NCBI GenBank assembly: GCA_964016885.1
Contig: OZ024742.1
Coordinates: 329,778,001 to 329,842,000, forward strand
Origin: Eledone cirrhosa
Taxonomy: Eukaryota
Direction of reading: 5' to 3'
DNA length: 64,000 nucleotides
This document shows positions 49,089 to 63,840 of this stretch, in pieces. Position numbers and translations under genes: made by a program. The notes below the pieces were generated by a model. It did no database searches. It saw only the letters and a program-made list of their open reading frames with translations, and was not told the origin of the DNA. Numbering within the stretch: the first letter of the stretch is position 1; each line of letters starts with the position of its first letter.

Positions 49089-52000
49089 CTTTTAATAGTA
49101 TATCAATTTGTTAGGCCAGAATTCATAGATCTAAAATCAAAACCGATCCAACTGTGACGAAACCTTTATCTGATTCATACATATTCAATTCCAATAAAAA
49201 AAAGGACTTTTATAATAATGCTCTCGACATATGGTTAAAGCATTATATGAATGATCAAATAAAATTAAGGCATATCATAGAAACACATTTTAGTTTAACT
49301 GTTACAGTTGTTACGTCTGATACTAGCAACTACTTAAATCAAATATAGCACACATGATACACCATTCACCACTTTCTAAGCCGTTTAAACATATTAAGGC
49401 AGGATTAGTTCACAAATTCATATTTTCAATTTAATGCATGCCATATGCCTGCGTCTAAATAACTCCCACAATTCCATTGATGGTACCACTCTGTTTGTCT
49501 CAAACTTCCACACACTAATTTGACAGCCCTAATCAGCCTTCCGTTGCTTCTTCGAAGATGAATCTACGGTAGATTTTCAATAGAGATCTGAAAATCCAAA
49601 CAACTTCAATATTAACTGGTTATAACCGCTACACGCCTCAATCAAATAATCTTAACTACAATGCATCTTAAATGAAATTAACTTCCATTGGTTTCGACAA
49701 TGAGTGTTCGTGATGTTTGATCAAATGAACAAGCTACTCTCTTTAAGTTAACACGCACCTGTACAGATCTGACCTGATTCTCAGGCAGACCCAGCTCACT
49801 CACAGTGTGACAAATCTGGCCTTTAGATGTTTAGTTACGCTTTAAAGGACGGGATTTATAACAATTACGCTGCACTATATTTTATTCAAAAATCTTGAGT
49901 TGACACAAAGCTGTGCTGAAATTATTTTGTCGAAAATGGCTTTAAGGTTTTGAAATTATTGCCAGAATATTGGAAACGCTAAATTATCTTTTAACATTTA
50001 GAAACTATCTATTCGTCGTTCAGCCTCTGAGTTTAACCAAACAAAAATTACAGTTACGTTACAATATGTCTGCATACCTAAGTTACGTTATGCCTTTACC
50101 CACGAGCATTTTCACCAAATATTTCAATCTAATTGGCAAATATTCACTCAGTAAATTACAGCATAATTTATCATATAAATGCACAGCTATTTTGTCATTC
50201 GAACTTATCTACTTTTACGACACTGGATTTTGAATTTCCTGTATTAGGAATATGTATATTGCATTAAAGCCATATAACCTGATACATCATTAAATATCAT
50301 TACCTTTATTGCTGACGAAATCAGTTCTCTCACAGACGTTTTCTTAGCTATTAAGTGTACAAGAAACATGTTCCCAAATTCCCAAATTCTACAGTATTCT
50401 GGAATAAAGTTATTTGCCTTCACTAAATGCATCACATTTTCGACATCTGCTTCAATTTCTTATACGTGGCAATTACATTTTTATCGTCTGAAAATAATAT
50501 TACAACCCTTTAGAAAAGTATATTATACGTTGTATAAAGAGATGGCATAAATATCTTGCAAGATAGGTTGTAATTTAGCTGTGCTAAGCTCAATATGTTT
50601 GATAATCTGCCATTGCTTCAGAGGTAACGCCTTTGCATATCTGTCCGAAGTGATCATGAAGCAATTGATGTATTTAGTGTTAAAGAGATACAGCGAGCGA
50701 AAGAGTGTGGGGCATGTTTTCATTGGTTTATTTATTCTACTACGACTAGATATGATTTTAATAAAATGTTCACGCAGACAAGCATGTATAGAAAATATCT
50801 ACAAAAATAATCTGCCGATAATTGTCGTTCATACTGATAACTATTTATTTTGTGCGAAAATCAGTCTACTTACATATGTATGTATATTCGTAATTATATA
50901 TGAGCAAATGTTTGTAGATATATAGATAGAACATAAGGGAACACATTTCAGGCAAACCTACGTGCACGTAAGAGTGTATTCTATTGTACCTATGAATGCT
51001 GTATGTCACGGAATTCTGCATGTTTTAATGCATATCTATAAATGTACAATAAAGACATCGACGATATGTTTTAATAAGTGAATATCAATACACTAAAATA
51101 CATATTATATGTTAATATGGTATGGTTGTAAGATGTTTATTTTAAACTATTTCTATAAAGCGCTATGGTGTGGGAGTGCACGTGGATGAAATTAGTGTTG
51201 GTTTCGTCTTTTTTGTTTATGTTTTCAATACATTTTATAGGATGTTTATCATCATAGATTACTCATTTTCTATATTTACATCCACATTCTATGTACGCAA
51301 ATTATCATTATTTTACAAATATATTTCATATAATCTATTTATAGTCAGTCATCCGGCATCAAATATTTGAGGTTTTATAAGCAATTGAATTAATATTAAA
51401 TTTGTTCATGTTTCCAGGTATAACTGAATTGATATTAGACGTCTATTCTAAAGAAGCTTCTCATATAGCCACGTCATCTCCTCTCGAAATAACACAGCAA
51501 GATGTAACCTAGTAAGGTGCATAAAGGTTTTATTCTGTTCCACAAAACTATTAAACACAGTTAGCCCAATCGGATTTTTACACTTATCTGCGAATATTTT
51601 GTTGCACATTTTCGTGCGTCATCTAGATATTTTAAGGTATTTTCATGCACAAAATATTGCCACCCGTGATGTTGCCAAATGTGAAGGTGTGTAGTCACGT
51701 ATTAAAAATGTTTGCCTCGCAATATTAATGTCGTCTGATTGATTTCATTTGGTGCATTCCGTGCTTGGTCAAGACATTGTAATGACAACCATTAAAAATA
51801 CATACATGTATCGCTAAATATATTCAATGAGTGGTGTAAATTATATAATAAAAAAACGAGGTAATTCATCCAATCGTTATCTGTCTGTGGCTACCCAATA
51901 CAGGTTTCGAAATTCAGCTTGCATGCTGTGATAAATTCGTAGAGATAAAGAAGTTTATAAACGTTAGGTTTAGAATCGTAGCGAATATTGCTGTATGTTA

Positions 52001-53280
52001 TGATATATTCGTTGTCAATGTTATATTTGTACGTATTTCAATCTCCAAGTTTAATAATAGCAAGATGAAATTGTGCTTCGTAAATCTGGATAAGGCGGTA
52101 GTTTAGTGAAATTGAGATAACCATGCACCCCCCACCCCCTCCACAAAAAACCACATGAAGAATATGATTCCTATATATATTTTGGTGGATCATATTGTAT
52201 TTGAATTGAATAAGTTAAGGAAGGCAATTTACTAATTTATTGCTTTTACAAAAGAAAAGGTTTTGGCATTGAGATTATATATGATTAATCCATAAATAGT
52301 GTTGATTCATAGATTTCATTTTTTTCAACTATGTCGTTTTTACATTTCCAATTAATTGTATTATTAGAGATTACAATTTTTTGTCCAAGAAAATATGCAA
52401 TTCTGTTTTACAAAATCTTTTCGTTCCTACCCATCCTCATATGTCCACATGACGTTCCGGTAAATATAGTATGCCGAAAAAAAGACACACAAAAACACAA
52501 AAAAGAAATACAGCAGATAAGAAAAATTGGGGAATATTGCTTGATAAAACGTCCCATGGCTTCTGAAAATCTTGAACAGTAATAATGATTACATAGAAAA
52601 TTAAACGGAGTCGATCGTTAGAGTGCAAGATGCAATTTTTTTTATTGGTCCTTCCCGTTGCTCATACTATCTGACAGAAGGTAAGATTTCAACTCAAAAC
52701 AAACAGTCGAAGCAGACATTGCAAATTATCCTGTCGAAATATTTCAACATTCTGTCAATCCACAGCTTTTTTAATATTTCTCAAATATATTATATATTAA
52801 CGATCTCAATACTGAAAATATCAGCTGGCGTGTGTCAAACTTCCTCGGTTTTGACGACGTGAATTGTGTGCTTAATAAACTAATCACCTGTTATAATTAA
52901 CGTGCATGTGGCTAGAAACTATACAAATATAATGGAAATTCAGTGAGATACGGTTTGATAACACACTTAACCCAACCGAAAGTTATGACTCAAACGGGAT
53001 GCTCCATGTTAGAGGGAATTGAGGTAAGGATTTCAGGATCATGAAACAAATACTATTACCACTAAGCCTTGCAACTTCACAAAATTGTTAGGTGTAGATA
53101 ATCAGTGAAATCTATGTTAGAAAACACTGGATATATATCACACTATTTTAATACCTAGAAGATCGTAAATACATTACGGTGAACAAATAATTGGGCGAGA
53201 ACAATTCACAATTTCAACTGATGTATGTTTAGAAAAAGCATTGACTGCTCTAATTAGCTCTAATTATTTTTCTATTTTCT

Positions 53281-53469
53281 AGGGCGGTGAATTGGCAATA
53301 TTGGTAGAGGGTCGGACATGCTTTTCAGCATAGATACGTCCCTTCACGATCTGAGCTCAAATCCCACCGAGGTTAACTTTGCCTTTCATCCATACGGGGT
53401 CGATAACATAAAGTACCAGTAATGTACTGGGTAATTGCTGGCCTTGTGCCAGAAGTAGAAACAATTATT
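53281..53469 (+). mobile_element. tRNA-type SINE with 18-bp target site duplication
   Basis: Box A-like tggcaatattgg and box B-like gagctcaaatcc; TSD aattatttttctattttc at 53262-53279 and 53463-53480. Confidence 0.9.
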
Positions 53470-53923
53470 TTTCTATTTTCGTTCTGATCTACGTGAATAT
53501 TCAGTCGGGTTAAGTACAAGTAGCAACATGGATTACTTTAATCATATGTACAAGCCATAATTTGTCATTTAAAATGTCTATCAAATCAAAAAGTGTCTAT
53601 GTCATCGTGGCAATGTGTATTACTGTTTATGATCTAATATTTCAAATAAAATGAAAGAAGACGATAATATTAAATTGTGTAAGTTTGAGAAAGGTTAAAC
53701 GTCTAGATTACATCTAAGTTTAATGTTAGAATTGATAAACATTAGGTCATAACATAAGGTGACAATATTAGCTTGGAATCGTGGGATTGACGTGGTGAAA
53801 TACAGCATTTCCTGCGAATCTAAATCTTATGGAAGTTTTTCCGCTAAATGTCTGAACATTGCTGATTTTAGAAAGAAAGAATGAGATATATATATAGAGA
53901 TAGATAGAGAGATAGATAGATAC

Positions 53924-53962
<39 letters not shown>

Positions 53963-56396
53963 TAGAGTTTGTGTGTATGTGTGCGTATGAGTGAGTGTAT
54001 GTATGTGTGTGTGTGTGAGAGCGAGAGAGAGAGAGAGCGAGGCGGGTGAGAGTAAACGCTGCCTTCATCGCGATTTGAATGCGGAGAGCAAGAGCAAATA
54101 CAGCAAAACACTCTGTCCGACATCCTAGCACATCTGCTAGTTCGCCGTCTTCGGTTTCTAAGTATATTGGCAGAAATACAAATGGTACAAATACATTCAT
54201 ATCTTCAATTAAAATAGGAAAATGTAAACCGTTGTTTTCCTAGAATCATAGAATACGAGTGAACACTAGCTTGACGACAGGTTTAATGTTAACATCGGTA
54301 TCAATTTAGCATTAGCTACATGAGTTGTTATCTGTTTAATCTATAGATCCCAGTATAGCAGATTCATCAACAAAAACGTGTATTTTAGGCCACAAAGAAG
54401 ACTTACTTTTCAATGGCAGCCATTTTAACTTAAATCACACAACGCTCGTTAATAACAAACGACACAGTTCCGCACTCACGCATTTGATTTAGTAATTCTA
54501 GGATAAAGAAAAATCTATGTCGTACTTTTTCGCACGTGTACGGGGTATATATATATATGTATATATATATATGATGAATGATTTCTATGCATTTTATGTT
54601 GACCAAATTTAATCGAACATTGTAACCCCATGGCTATGTATCCCTTTCTGGGAACTGTTTCTGAATTTATATGTATCCTGATTTACTGTCCTGCATCTGG
54701 TTTCTCCTATAAAGATTTTTAGAATTTAAAGCATAGAAAACCATGTATCAATTTTATCTATAGTATTCATATGAAACCTGTAGTACGATTCAGGAAATAT
54801 TTCATTAAGTTAATATTAGATTGAAATTAAATTTTCAAATAAGACTGGTGTCTTCCAGAAAAGCTTCATCTTCATATGACGATAGGTTTAGTATATTGAT
54901 TACCTTACTAATTAATATGTTAATTTATACTGAAATTAATATTGTTTAACCATCGGTTTTATGAATGAATATTCCTGTTTATTTAGACTTATGAAGTGTT
55001 GGTATTTAAGATATTAACTATTTAAAATCAATCTGAGTGTTTGTGTCTCAATATTGGACTCTGTTCATCATCATCACCAATAATATCATATTTAAGTAAA
55101 ACCTATTATTATCAGATGGGGTAATGTTTATGTAGGATAGCAAATCAAATACATTCCTATCCAGTGTTATAACAATACATGTTTTACGGACTGTGTATTG
55201 ATGTTACCTTGGATATCTTTCATGTTGCCAAGCATGATGAGGAAAATATAAAAGAACTGTTGATTTTCACCTCAAGGTCACACATACAACCTGCGCTAGC
55301 TTTCAGGCCGTAATATCAGCAATTATCGACAAAAAAACAACTAGAAATATCACAAAAGATATTAAAGACAGGGACCTTTAACACATCAACCTCAGTAATT
55401 CGTAGGGAAACAATACACCAAAAACTCCATAGAAAAAAGTATCACACCAACGTTCTCAGTTGCCAGAAACAGCAACAGGAAATAACAATAAGAATCACTG
55501 CCTTGGTATTTTCCATGTAAAGTTTGGAGCAATTTATGAGAAATGTATCATTATTTCCCTGCGGTAGGTTGAAAACGATGCATATTAACTCTATTCAATC
55601 TAACACATTTCATGATAACATTCACAGTATTATGATGTCCTTGATCAGCAAAAATGTTCTACATTTATTTTCTATTTTTTTATCAACTGTAGAACCGCCT
55701 CATATCTCTGTCTCTTGTGCCGTTGTTATAGCAACTATTACTATGTCCCCTATTTGTAACATCATTCTATCTCAGCTGAAAGCTCCTGCTAAATTAATAC
55801 GCCTTTTCACTTAACAGGATGAAAAATGTGATTTTTAAATTTTTGTTATATATTTTCCTTCCCTGGAAACAATAAATGGATTCTTTCATCTGTAGAACGG
55901 CTGCTTCGTTCTGTATTTCTTCCTAGTTCGCACCAAATAGACCCAGCAGAAAATTATCGTTGTTACACACCAATTGCTATTAAAAAAAAACACTGAAATA
56001 AATATATATTAAAAAAGCTCATCATTCTCACTCTGACTTTTTGTCTCTCTCATTGTCTCTATCATGTTTAAACATTTAAACATATGCAAGTATTATGGGT
56101 TGCAACAAATATTAAGATGCATTTTCACACAAGGGAATGACAAAGATAAATTTTAAAGCAATGCCTTTTATGAATCATTTCTAGAGCGAAATTCAGTTAT
56201 AGAAAGGAAACTAGGTTTAGTGAAATCAATTTCTGATTGACTGGAACGTGATAATCAAGAAAATAAAACATAACATTTATTGAATTGAGTTCTTCTGCAA
56301 CATTGTTCAGACCGCACATGACATGCGTATGACAGTCCTTAGACATTTATGTATTCCGTTGTTAGTTTGTGTGTATATATATATATGCATATATAC

Positions 56397-56449
<53 letters not shown>

Positions 56450-56454
<5 letters not shown>

Positions 56455-57122
56455 AACGTCTTCATTCGTTCGTCAGACGAGGCAATATAAAACATGGCTA
56501 AATACTTGGAAAGTCTCATCAAGAAAGGCAAACAAATATATAGTTAGGTGTGTGTATATGTATGTATATACGCTCACAGATGTGCATACATGTATATGCA
56601 TATATGTATACGTATAGTGTAAAAGTGTGCGTAAATATATAATTTAGGGCAAATGTATATGTGTATCTGTAATCTACAGACTGTATAGATACATCATAAG
56701 AATATGAAGGCGCGCGCATAAACACACCTACACACACGTACACTTATATGCGGAAGTAAAAGAGGTAAGGGAGTGTAATAATTAAAGGAGAGTATCAATC
56801 TCGATATATTTATAAAAATGGAACAATAACTTAGAAAGAAATAATTAAAGAAAAGACAAACAAGGTACACGCATACACACACAGGTATATCTCACAAAAG
56901 AAACGCAAAAATATACATGCTTATATACACACGCACACTTACACATCCATACGTTCGATACGTACACACACACACACACACGCACACATACTTACACTCA
57001 CACATATTTGCATGCACACGCATAAAAATGAGGATGTAAAAAAGGGGGAGAAGAAAAAAGAAACAAAACATAAAACCTAGATGTAAAAACACGGATATAA
57101 AGACACATACACATACACATAC

Positions 57123-57190
<68 letters not shown>

Positions 57191-59432
57191 GCACACGCGC
57201 GCACATACGTAGACGCTTATGTACACATATAGAAAGTATACAAACATTAAGGCGTTCAGCCACATATATACAGGGTGTAAAATACTTGTCGATATATAAG
57301 TACAAATATAAAATTATAAAATTGTAAGATTGGCTGCGCAAAAATAAAAATAAAAATAAAAATAAAAATATAAATAAAAAATATCTGGAGTGTAAAACGC
57401 AAGTGAAAGTGTAATCAGTTAGTGAAGGAAATAGGGAAGTAACAAATGGAAAGTGAAGATATTAGGTAAGTGAATCGGAGAATAAGGGGGGGGGGGGTTA
57501 TTGGTGGATGTGAAGTAAAAAAAAATAAAAATAAATAAAAATAAAAATAAAAAAAAATAAAAATAAAAATAATAATAAAAATAAAAATAAAATTAATAAT
57601 AAGGATAAAAATGAAATTAAATCAGAAAGGGTAATTATAAAGAGAATAATAAGAGTTTATGGAGGATAAGTATCTGAAAGTGTGTTAAGTTTATATGAGC
57701 TGGAAAGCAGGTGTAATTTCATGTGTGGGCAACAGGTGAAAATTTCCGTCTTTGTGTTCAGGCAGGTCTTTGGTGATTTAAGATTTTGCAAGATCCAATA
57801 TTTTTCTTTTATGCAGAGCGTGCATTTTCTTGTTCCTCTTGCATATTCTTTAGATTGGTTCAAAATTGACCAATCCAATTTATATTGGATGCCTTGATCT
57901 TTCAAATCTCAAATTCTGCTAGCCAGAGCTGTTGTAAATCTTTTTTCTGGATGTCGAAAGGATGCGACATGTGAGTAATAACGCATTTTGAATTTGTCTT
58001 GCGTCATACCCACATATCGTTCACTGGTGGCTGGATGGTGGTTGCTGATGGTTGTCACTTTAGCCGCATATACAATGGCTTTGGTGTTGCATTTACCTTT
58101 TGATTCTACAGGAGCAAGTTTGATTTTCTATAGGTGATTTTTTGTTGATGATATAGGACTTAATAGGGGGACCGCAGGAATAGGTAATTTTGACACAGTT
58201 TCTGTTAAAGATCTTATAGTATCTATGTGTTCTAGGGAAATATTTATCTAGGAGCTCTAGGAATTTTTTCCCTACATTAGTTTTAACTGCTAGAGAGTAG
58301 GGGGGTGTGAACCAGATTATTTTTCTTTTCCTGTTTTTATGTTTAATAGAGTTAGTATAGTTGGTTATGTATTTAATCGGTTCGCTAAACCCGCTATTTT
58401 GGAGGGCTTTATTATAGTAGGGGGATGCCTTATTAAAAATAGCTTCTGAGGAAGTGAGGGTGGAGATCCTACGGCTAATATTAGGGATAAGGTTTTTAAA
58501 AAACTATAGGAGGATGGCAAGAGCCTTTATTTATATATTTTAAGTTTTCATTAGGTTTATGGTATGGTTTATAAGAAGCAGTAGGCAAATCTAGGTTTAT
58601 ATCTAGGAAATCTACATTGGAAAGGTTAGTGTCAATAGTAATTTTAAGATTAAAACTAGCGAAGGTTTTTATTAAGTCTTTCCTTAATCTATCTAAGTTA
58701 TGGCCTATGGTGGTATGGGAAAGTATTAGACCATCGTCGCGATAAAGCCCAAAAATATGGTTAGGAAATTTTTCTTTAAGTGTATGTAGGAGGAATAGAC
58801 CGACCAAATCACAAACATCAGCACTGTCATAAGAGCCCATTGAGACATCGAATGGGCTCTCTGGCTTAGATATTTTTACCCAAGTGTCATTATCGGTAAA
58901 GAGTAGAGTGTTTCTAGCGTGCAAGATGACATTCTCTTCAATATCGGAGATATTAGTAAACCCTCTAGCGAAATTTAAAGCTTTCGCTAAAAGAGTCTGA
59001 GCGATAGATGGGTAGAAATCTACAATGTCAAATTGGGTGAATCTAGAACTATTTTTGTTTTTAATATTATTAAACCAATGTACTACGGAAGAGCTATTTA
59101 TCCATTGGAGTAATTTAGACTTACTTCTAATGTGTGTATTTATATTATTTAAAAGTTTTTTACTGGCAAGACCAATATCAGTCTTAGCAGGGTTGATTAA
59201 TCTACAACTAGGACGATTAATACAGTCGGGTTTGTGATCTTTAAGGGTGATGTACGCATTACGTTTAGCAAGTTTTTCTGTCCTATTATCTATTTTTAAA
59301 GAAACAGCTAATTCTTTAGCTTCCTTATTTATATTATGATATGTGTTTATATTAGCTATTTGGTATTTAGAGGTGATATTATCTATTAATAGTTGGTCGT
59401 GTAAATTATTGTTACCTTCATATAGGTTTTTA

Positions 59433-59436
<4 letters not shown>
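56450..59436 (-). mobile_element. Penelope-like element (Naiad-type), 5'-truncated at (TA)n; RT and GIY-YIG disrupted
   Basis: YITLKDHK, CRLINPAK, QFDIVDFYPSI, MGSYDSADVCDLVG, GLYRDDGL, VDFLDI, HPP; then IVY..YVG, CTLC..EK, LNTKTE..CCPH (stop at 57657). Extent of the 3' region is approximate. Confidence 0.88.
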
Positions 59437-59522
<86 letters not shown>

Positions 59523-59586
59523 AATGAAGTAATTCCGTCGGAAAAGTCCAGGAACAAAGAGTGCTCTATGTAGGTAACAGAGCTTA

Positions 59587-59609
59587 ATAGTTATGTAATA
59601 TTACATAAC

Positions 59610-59612
<3 letters not shown>
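59587..59612. repeat. Perfect 26-bp palindrome abutting (TA)n
   Basis: atagttatgtaat|attacataactat. Confidence 0.9.
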
Positions 59613-59646
<34 letters not shown>

Positions 59647-59866
59647 ATGTATATATATGCATATGTATATCTGGAACAGTATAAATACACACAAACTGGC
59701 AACAGAATACAGAAATATGTATGTGCGTGTGTGTATGTGTGTACGATTTGTGTGTGTGTGTCTATGTGGGGCATGTGTATTTATGCATGTCTGGGACCAT
59801 GTCGATATGTGTCTGTGTGCTTGTGCATGTATAATGTCTCTTTCATATATATATATATATATATAG

Positions 59867-59901
<35 letters not shown>

Positions 59902-60389
59902 CGTGAGTGTTTGTGTGTGTGTGTGTGTGTGTATGTGTGTGTGTGTGTGTGTGCATGCGCGTGTATGCGTATGTATATATAATATTTATATATACATAAC
60001 AAGAAATGAGACGGTTTTATATATACATCCTCTCTGGTATTATATACCCTTTCTATACGTCCGTAGTTCAAAGACAGCAAATTGATTGTATAATGACGCT
60101 TTGATATGTTTTCATCAGAGAGGTATTAACTTGTAATGTTTTTTTTATTTTTATTTTTAATATGCCACTGTAGTTAAGAAAAGGATGATACCACTTCCAC
60201 TAACAGTAAACATGTAATGTACGAACCGGTTGTGTAGGCAAGGAGGGTGTGAGCGATACTACCCTTCTTAACATTCTGGGGAATGTTACTAGAATATGGT
60301 GTCAGTCTCTCCGTTTTATATAGGTTAAATACTCAGTCTGATTAATTATTTATCTATTTATTCATTTATTTTAATAACTGCTGCCACAA

Positions 60390-61090
60390 AGTGGGCAGTT
60401 GGATTTCGGCGAGGGTGGGGGGGGGGGGGGGGGCTTGAACATTACCTAATGTTTGGACATCCTGCAACTATCACCACCGAGGAATATATTGATCGTTTTC
60501 ACTTCATGGTGATGGACGACAGGCGATTGACTAAAAATCCCTCAGCCAATGCTATTAGCATATCCCGTGCGAGAGTTGAGAATATTCTGATCAATAAAGT
60601 TGACATGAAGAAGGTTTGTGCTCGCTGGGTGCCACGTCTTTTGACACATTATCTGAAAAGCACCAGGCTCATCGCATCACGGGACAATCTAAGGTTCGTG
60701 GAGAACGGTTCAGCTAGTTTTCTTGAATGTTTCCTAACCCAGGATGTGTGTCGGCCTCAGTACCTTGAGGCAAAGACGAAGAGACAATCCATGCAGTGAA
60801 AATGAAAACACCACCCTAACCCGCTCCAAAAAGGTCATGGCCGCACTATGCATAGTTGATGAGTCAGTTTGAATGTTATAAAGACCAGTCGCTCAAAACA
60901 AATTAATGAAAGGGATCTTGTTTTTTCAGAAAATGTTCCAACACAGAGATATTTGGTTTCAATGGATTTTGTGCATAACTGACGCTTTGAACGCAGTGAT
61001 CTTCTTCCGTATCCTCCTTATTTGCCATCAGTTGACTTACAGCTGTTTCCCAACATGAAAAAACGCCTGGCTGGGAACCAGTGTCGCAGA
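60390..61090 (+). mobile_element. Second mariner transposase remnant
   Basis: DRRLT, MKKVCARWVPRLLT, FLTQD, TKRQSMQ, and downstream PSVDLQLFPNMKKRLAG. Confidence 0.85.
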
Positions 61091-62397
61091 ACTTTATGTT
61101 TTCCTTAGTTTAACTGGTATAGTTACTTGTTTGATTTCATTGTTCTCATCACTAGTAACCCTACCTTCCTTCATCAACAACTACCTCAAGCCATTACCCT
61201 CGCCAACATTATCATCATCATAATCATCATATTGTCATGGCTGCTATCGCCATCATGAATAACGTCAATATGATTAATATTTCTAACAGTATCCCCATCG
61301 AACAATACTACACCACAAATATCATCGAACAATACTCCACCGATACCACCACCAACACCATCATCGTCAACAATTATAGTATCGTCATTACGATGCATAT
61401 GCTTTTCTCATATCTCTCTTTCCCTCTTTCTTTTTAGATTTTTTGCCATTTTCCTCCTCTTCTGTCTTCATTCCAGTTCTCTTTATTTTGTTGTGCTTTT
61501 TCTCATGCCGCAACGCATCTTACTCATCTTACAATACTACTTCTACTATCAACCTACTACTTCCTTCAAATCGACACACTGTCCTTAACCCTCTCTTTTG
61601 ATCTCGAAGTTGAATTCCACACATATGTCAAGGGAGAATTGTTGATGTAATTTTTGTCTTCAAATGATCGTGATCTTATGTATATATTAGAAAATATTAT
61701 TACAATTATAGTACAGAAAGAACAATATTTCGAAGAATACAGCAATATTTTGTTGTATCAAAGGGTCTTCATTACCTCACGGAGAGTCGAGACTTACATT
61801 TGGTGGAGCCTATCTCTGCCCCTGTCTATTTCTTAAATTGTCAGTGATATTTCCACTCGTTGAAAGGGTGGACATTTGGCAGGTATCTGTACAACGATTG
61901 TATCCCATATACTTACGTGCGCACATGCATACTATTTAACTCGCTTACATCTTCCCCTTTACGACTAACCAATTCAGTTAACGGCTATTTACATACAATA
62001 TCACCAAAATTTGCTGGTTATTTTATGACCATTATGTAATATAACTTATCAATATTTGAGAAGAAAATAATGTATTTTTTCCATCTCGGAATGAATAGGT
62101 GTGTGAATATATGAAATTCTGTATAACTATTTTCAGATGTGAGCATATTTTTACTTCTAGTTATTGATGTGTATTCTCTTTTGTACATATCCAGGAGTGT
62201 GTCACTAACTATGTTTATGTTGAAAATATACATGTTGGTTTTGCAGTTAGACATCCGTTTATATGCACGAATATGCGTGTCTGTCTTCATGTACATGAAT
62301 GTTTAAATACCCAAGGCACACACTATAGACTCTCCGTATCAGTTAATTAGATTTGTACATTTGAAGTTACAGTATAGTGTTTTAATAATATTCTTAC

Positions 62398-62457
62398 TCC
62401 AACCGATGCATTTCCTGGAGGCTTTCACAGAAACATGGTTATAACGTAATTTTAGAC
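62398..62457 (-). CDS. Candidate 60-nt phase 1-1 exon
   Basis: ttcAG|GT-LKLRYNHVSVKASRKCIGW-A|GTAAG; only the phase-1 frame is open. Confidence 0.3.
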
Positions 62458-62626
62458 CTGAAGTATTATACTAACGTGATTCATTATTTTGCAAACAACC
62501 CAATGTTTCTATGATATAGTGAGGCTGATATGATAATAGTAAATACATTTGAAGGAAGAACTCAGGAAAGAAATTGTTAATGACAGTGAAGTTACTAGAA
62601 TCTCCTGAGATCATTGTTATAATAAT

Positions 62627-62736
62627 CCTTTCATTTATTCGCCACAAAGGCCGACATTTAGGGGACACTACAAAGACTGGGACAGTGGTATTTCACAATC
62701 AAATTCAGTAAAATTAAACAATATCATTTAACAATC
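62627..62736 (-). mobile_element. Short Tx1-type 3' tail
   Basis: Reverse complement: actgtccc..tgtcggcctttgtggcgaataaatgaaaggattatt. Confidence 0.6.
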
Positions 62737-62750
62737 ATTGATATAATAAT

Positions 62751-62936
62751 GGTTTCTTGTATAGACACAAGGCCAGCAATTTTGGAGGAGAGGAAAGTCG
62801 ATTAGATCGACACCAGTACATTACTGGTACTTTATTTCATCGATGAGATTTGAACTCAGATCATAAAGGGGCGTAACTCCTATTCTGCAAAGCATGGTAG
62901 CTGACGCTCTAGCGATACTGCCAGACCACCACCCTT
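62751..62936 (-). mobile_element. SINE with TSD
   Basis: Same family as 53282; flanked by cattg(a/c)tataataat at 62737 and 62941. Confidence 0.85.
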
Positions 62937-62978
62937 ATACCATTGCTATAATAATGCTTTCTTTATTGATATAATAAT

Positions 62979-63164
62979 TGTTTCTACTTTTTGGCACAAG
63001 GCCAGCAATTACCCAGTGCATTACTGGTACTTTATTTTATCGACCCCGTAAGGATGAAAGGCAAAGTCAACCTCAGCGGGATTTGAACTCAGATCGTTAA
63101 GGGACGTAACTATGCTGGAAAGCATGGCATCCGACCCTATACCGATACTGCCAATCCACCGCCT
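62979..63164 (-). mobile_element. SINE with TSD
   Basis: Same family as 53282; flanked by ttattgatataa(t/c)aat at 62963 and 63170. Confidence 0.88.
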
Positions 63165-63764
63165 ATATATTATTGATATAACAATATAAAGTATTAATAC
63201 TACAATATAATAATATGAAAAATATAATGCAAGCAAAATACCACATATATTCAAAAGGATAGGCAGGTCATGAACATTGTATCCGTCATTTAACTGGCGC
63301 CTTACATTATCGAAACCATAGTAACATTAATTTGGTTTTGATTCGAATTTAAAAGTAAAGTGCCCGAGCATTCACAAAAAGCGTTTAATTACATTTCGAT
63401 TACATCAATTAATTTACGAATTACGTACACACACACAGACAAATGCATGTGCCATATTTGTTTCTAAGAAAATAACCAACTTCCTGTCTACATAGAATGT
63501 TTACTCGAGTTTCACACTTATTATATATAGTGATCAGTTATCTGAAATTCTCCGAATGAAAGTATTTTTCAAATATTACAATTTTAACACAGATGTTCAA
63601 CAGGTACCCTTATTCACGAAATGTTGTGGTGAATATCATATGCTGGCTAATCCACTTCTATATGAAGGTGCTTGGAGACAAAGTTTGATCGAGTATGTTA
63701 CAATCTATTCGTAACCAATAATTAAAACAACTATAAATAATATACCACAATCCATATTACTTAC

Positions 63765-63840
63765 GGGTTGCTGACGAATCCCACACAGAAATACTTGTAC
63801 AGCAAAACAAAAACAGTAAATGTGGATACGGTGGTTGCAT
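63765..63840 (-). CDS. Candidate first coding exon with signal-peptide-like sequence (exon may start at 63970)
   Basis: MQPPYPHLLFLFCCTSISVWDSSAT + C|GTAAGT (phase 1). Upstream acceptor ctaat..ttttAG at 63971. No homology recognised. Confidence 0.35.

Noticed and set aside
53281-53370. tRNA gene
   Set aside because: Only box A/B-like motifs in a SINE head; no cloverleaf.
53990-54545. Promoter-like stretch with CpGs, GCCATTTT and CACGTG motifs
   Set aside because: Short motifs expected by chance; no linked exon identified.
57909-57911. In-frame TGA in the Naiad-type endonuclease as possible selenocysteine
   Set aside because: It falls at the conserved Trp of IW.LK (W in the other copy), the retained Cys positions use TGY codons, and the copy has other lesions. 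This is an ordinary nonsense mutation.
60045-60125. Minus-strand CTGATGA...GAAC hammerhead-like motif; also CTGAAGA near 39997 and CTGACGA near 56470
   Set aside because: GAAA box or stem I is broken or missing. Possibly remnants, but not supportable.
62612-63185. Short direct repeats with unique spacers resembling a CRISPR array
   Set aside because: Spacers are SINE and LINE sequence of very unequal length, the DNA is eukaryotic and there are no cas genes. These are target site duplications.
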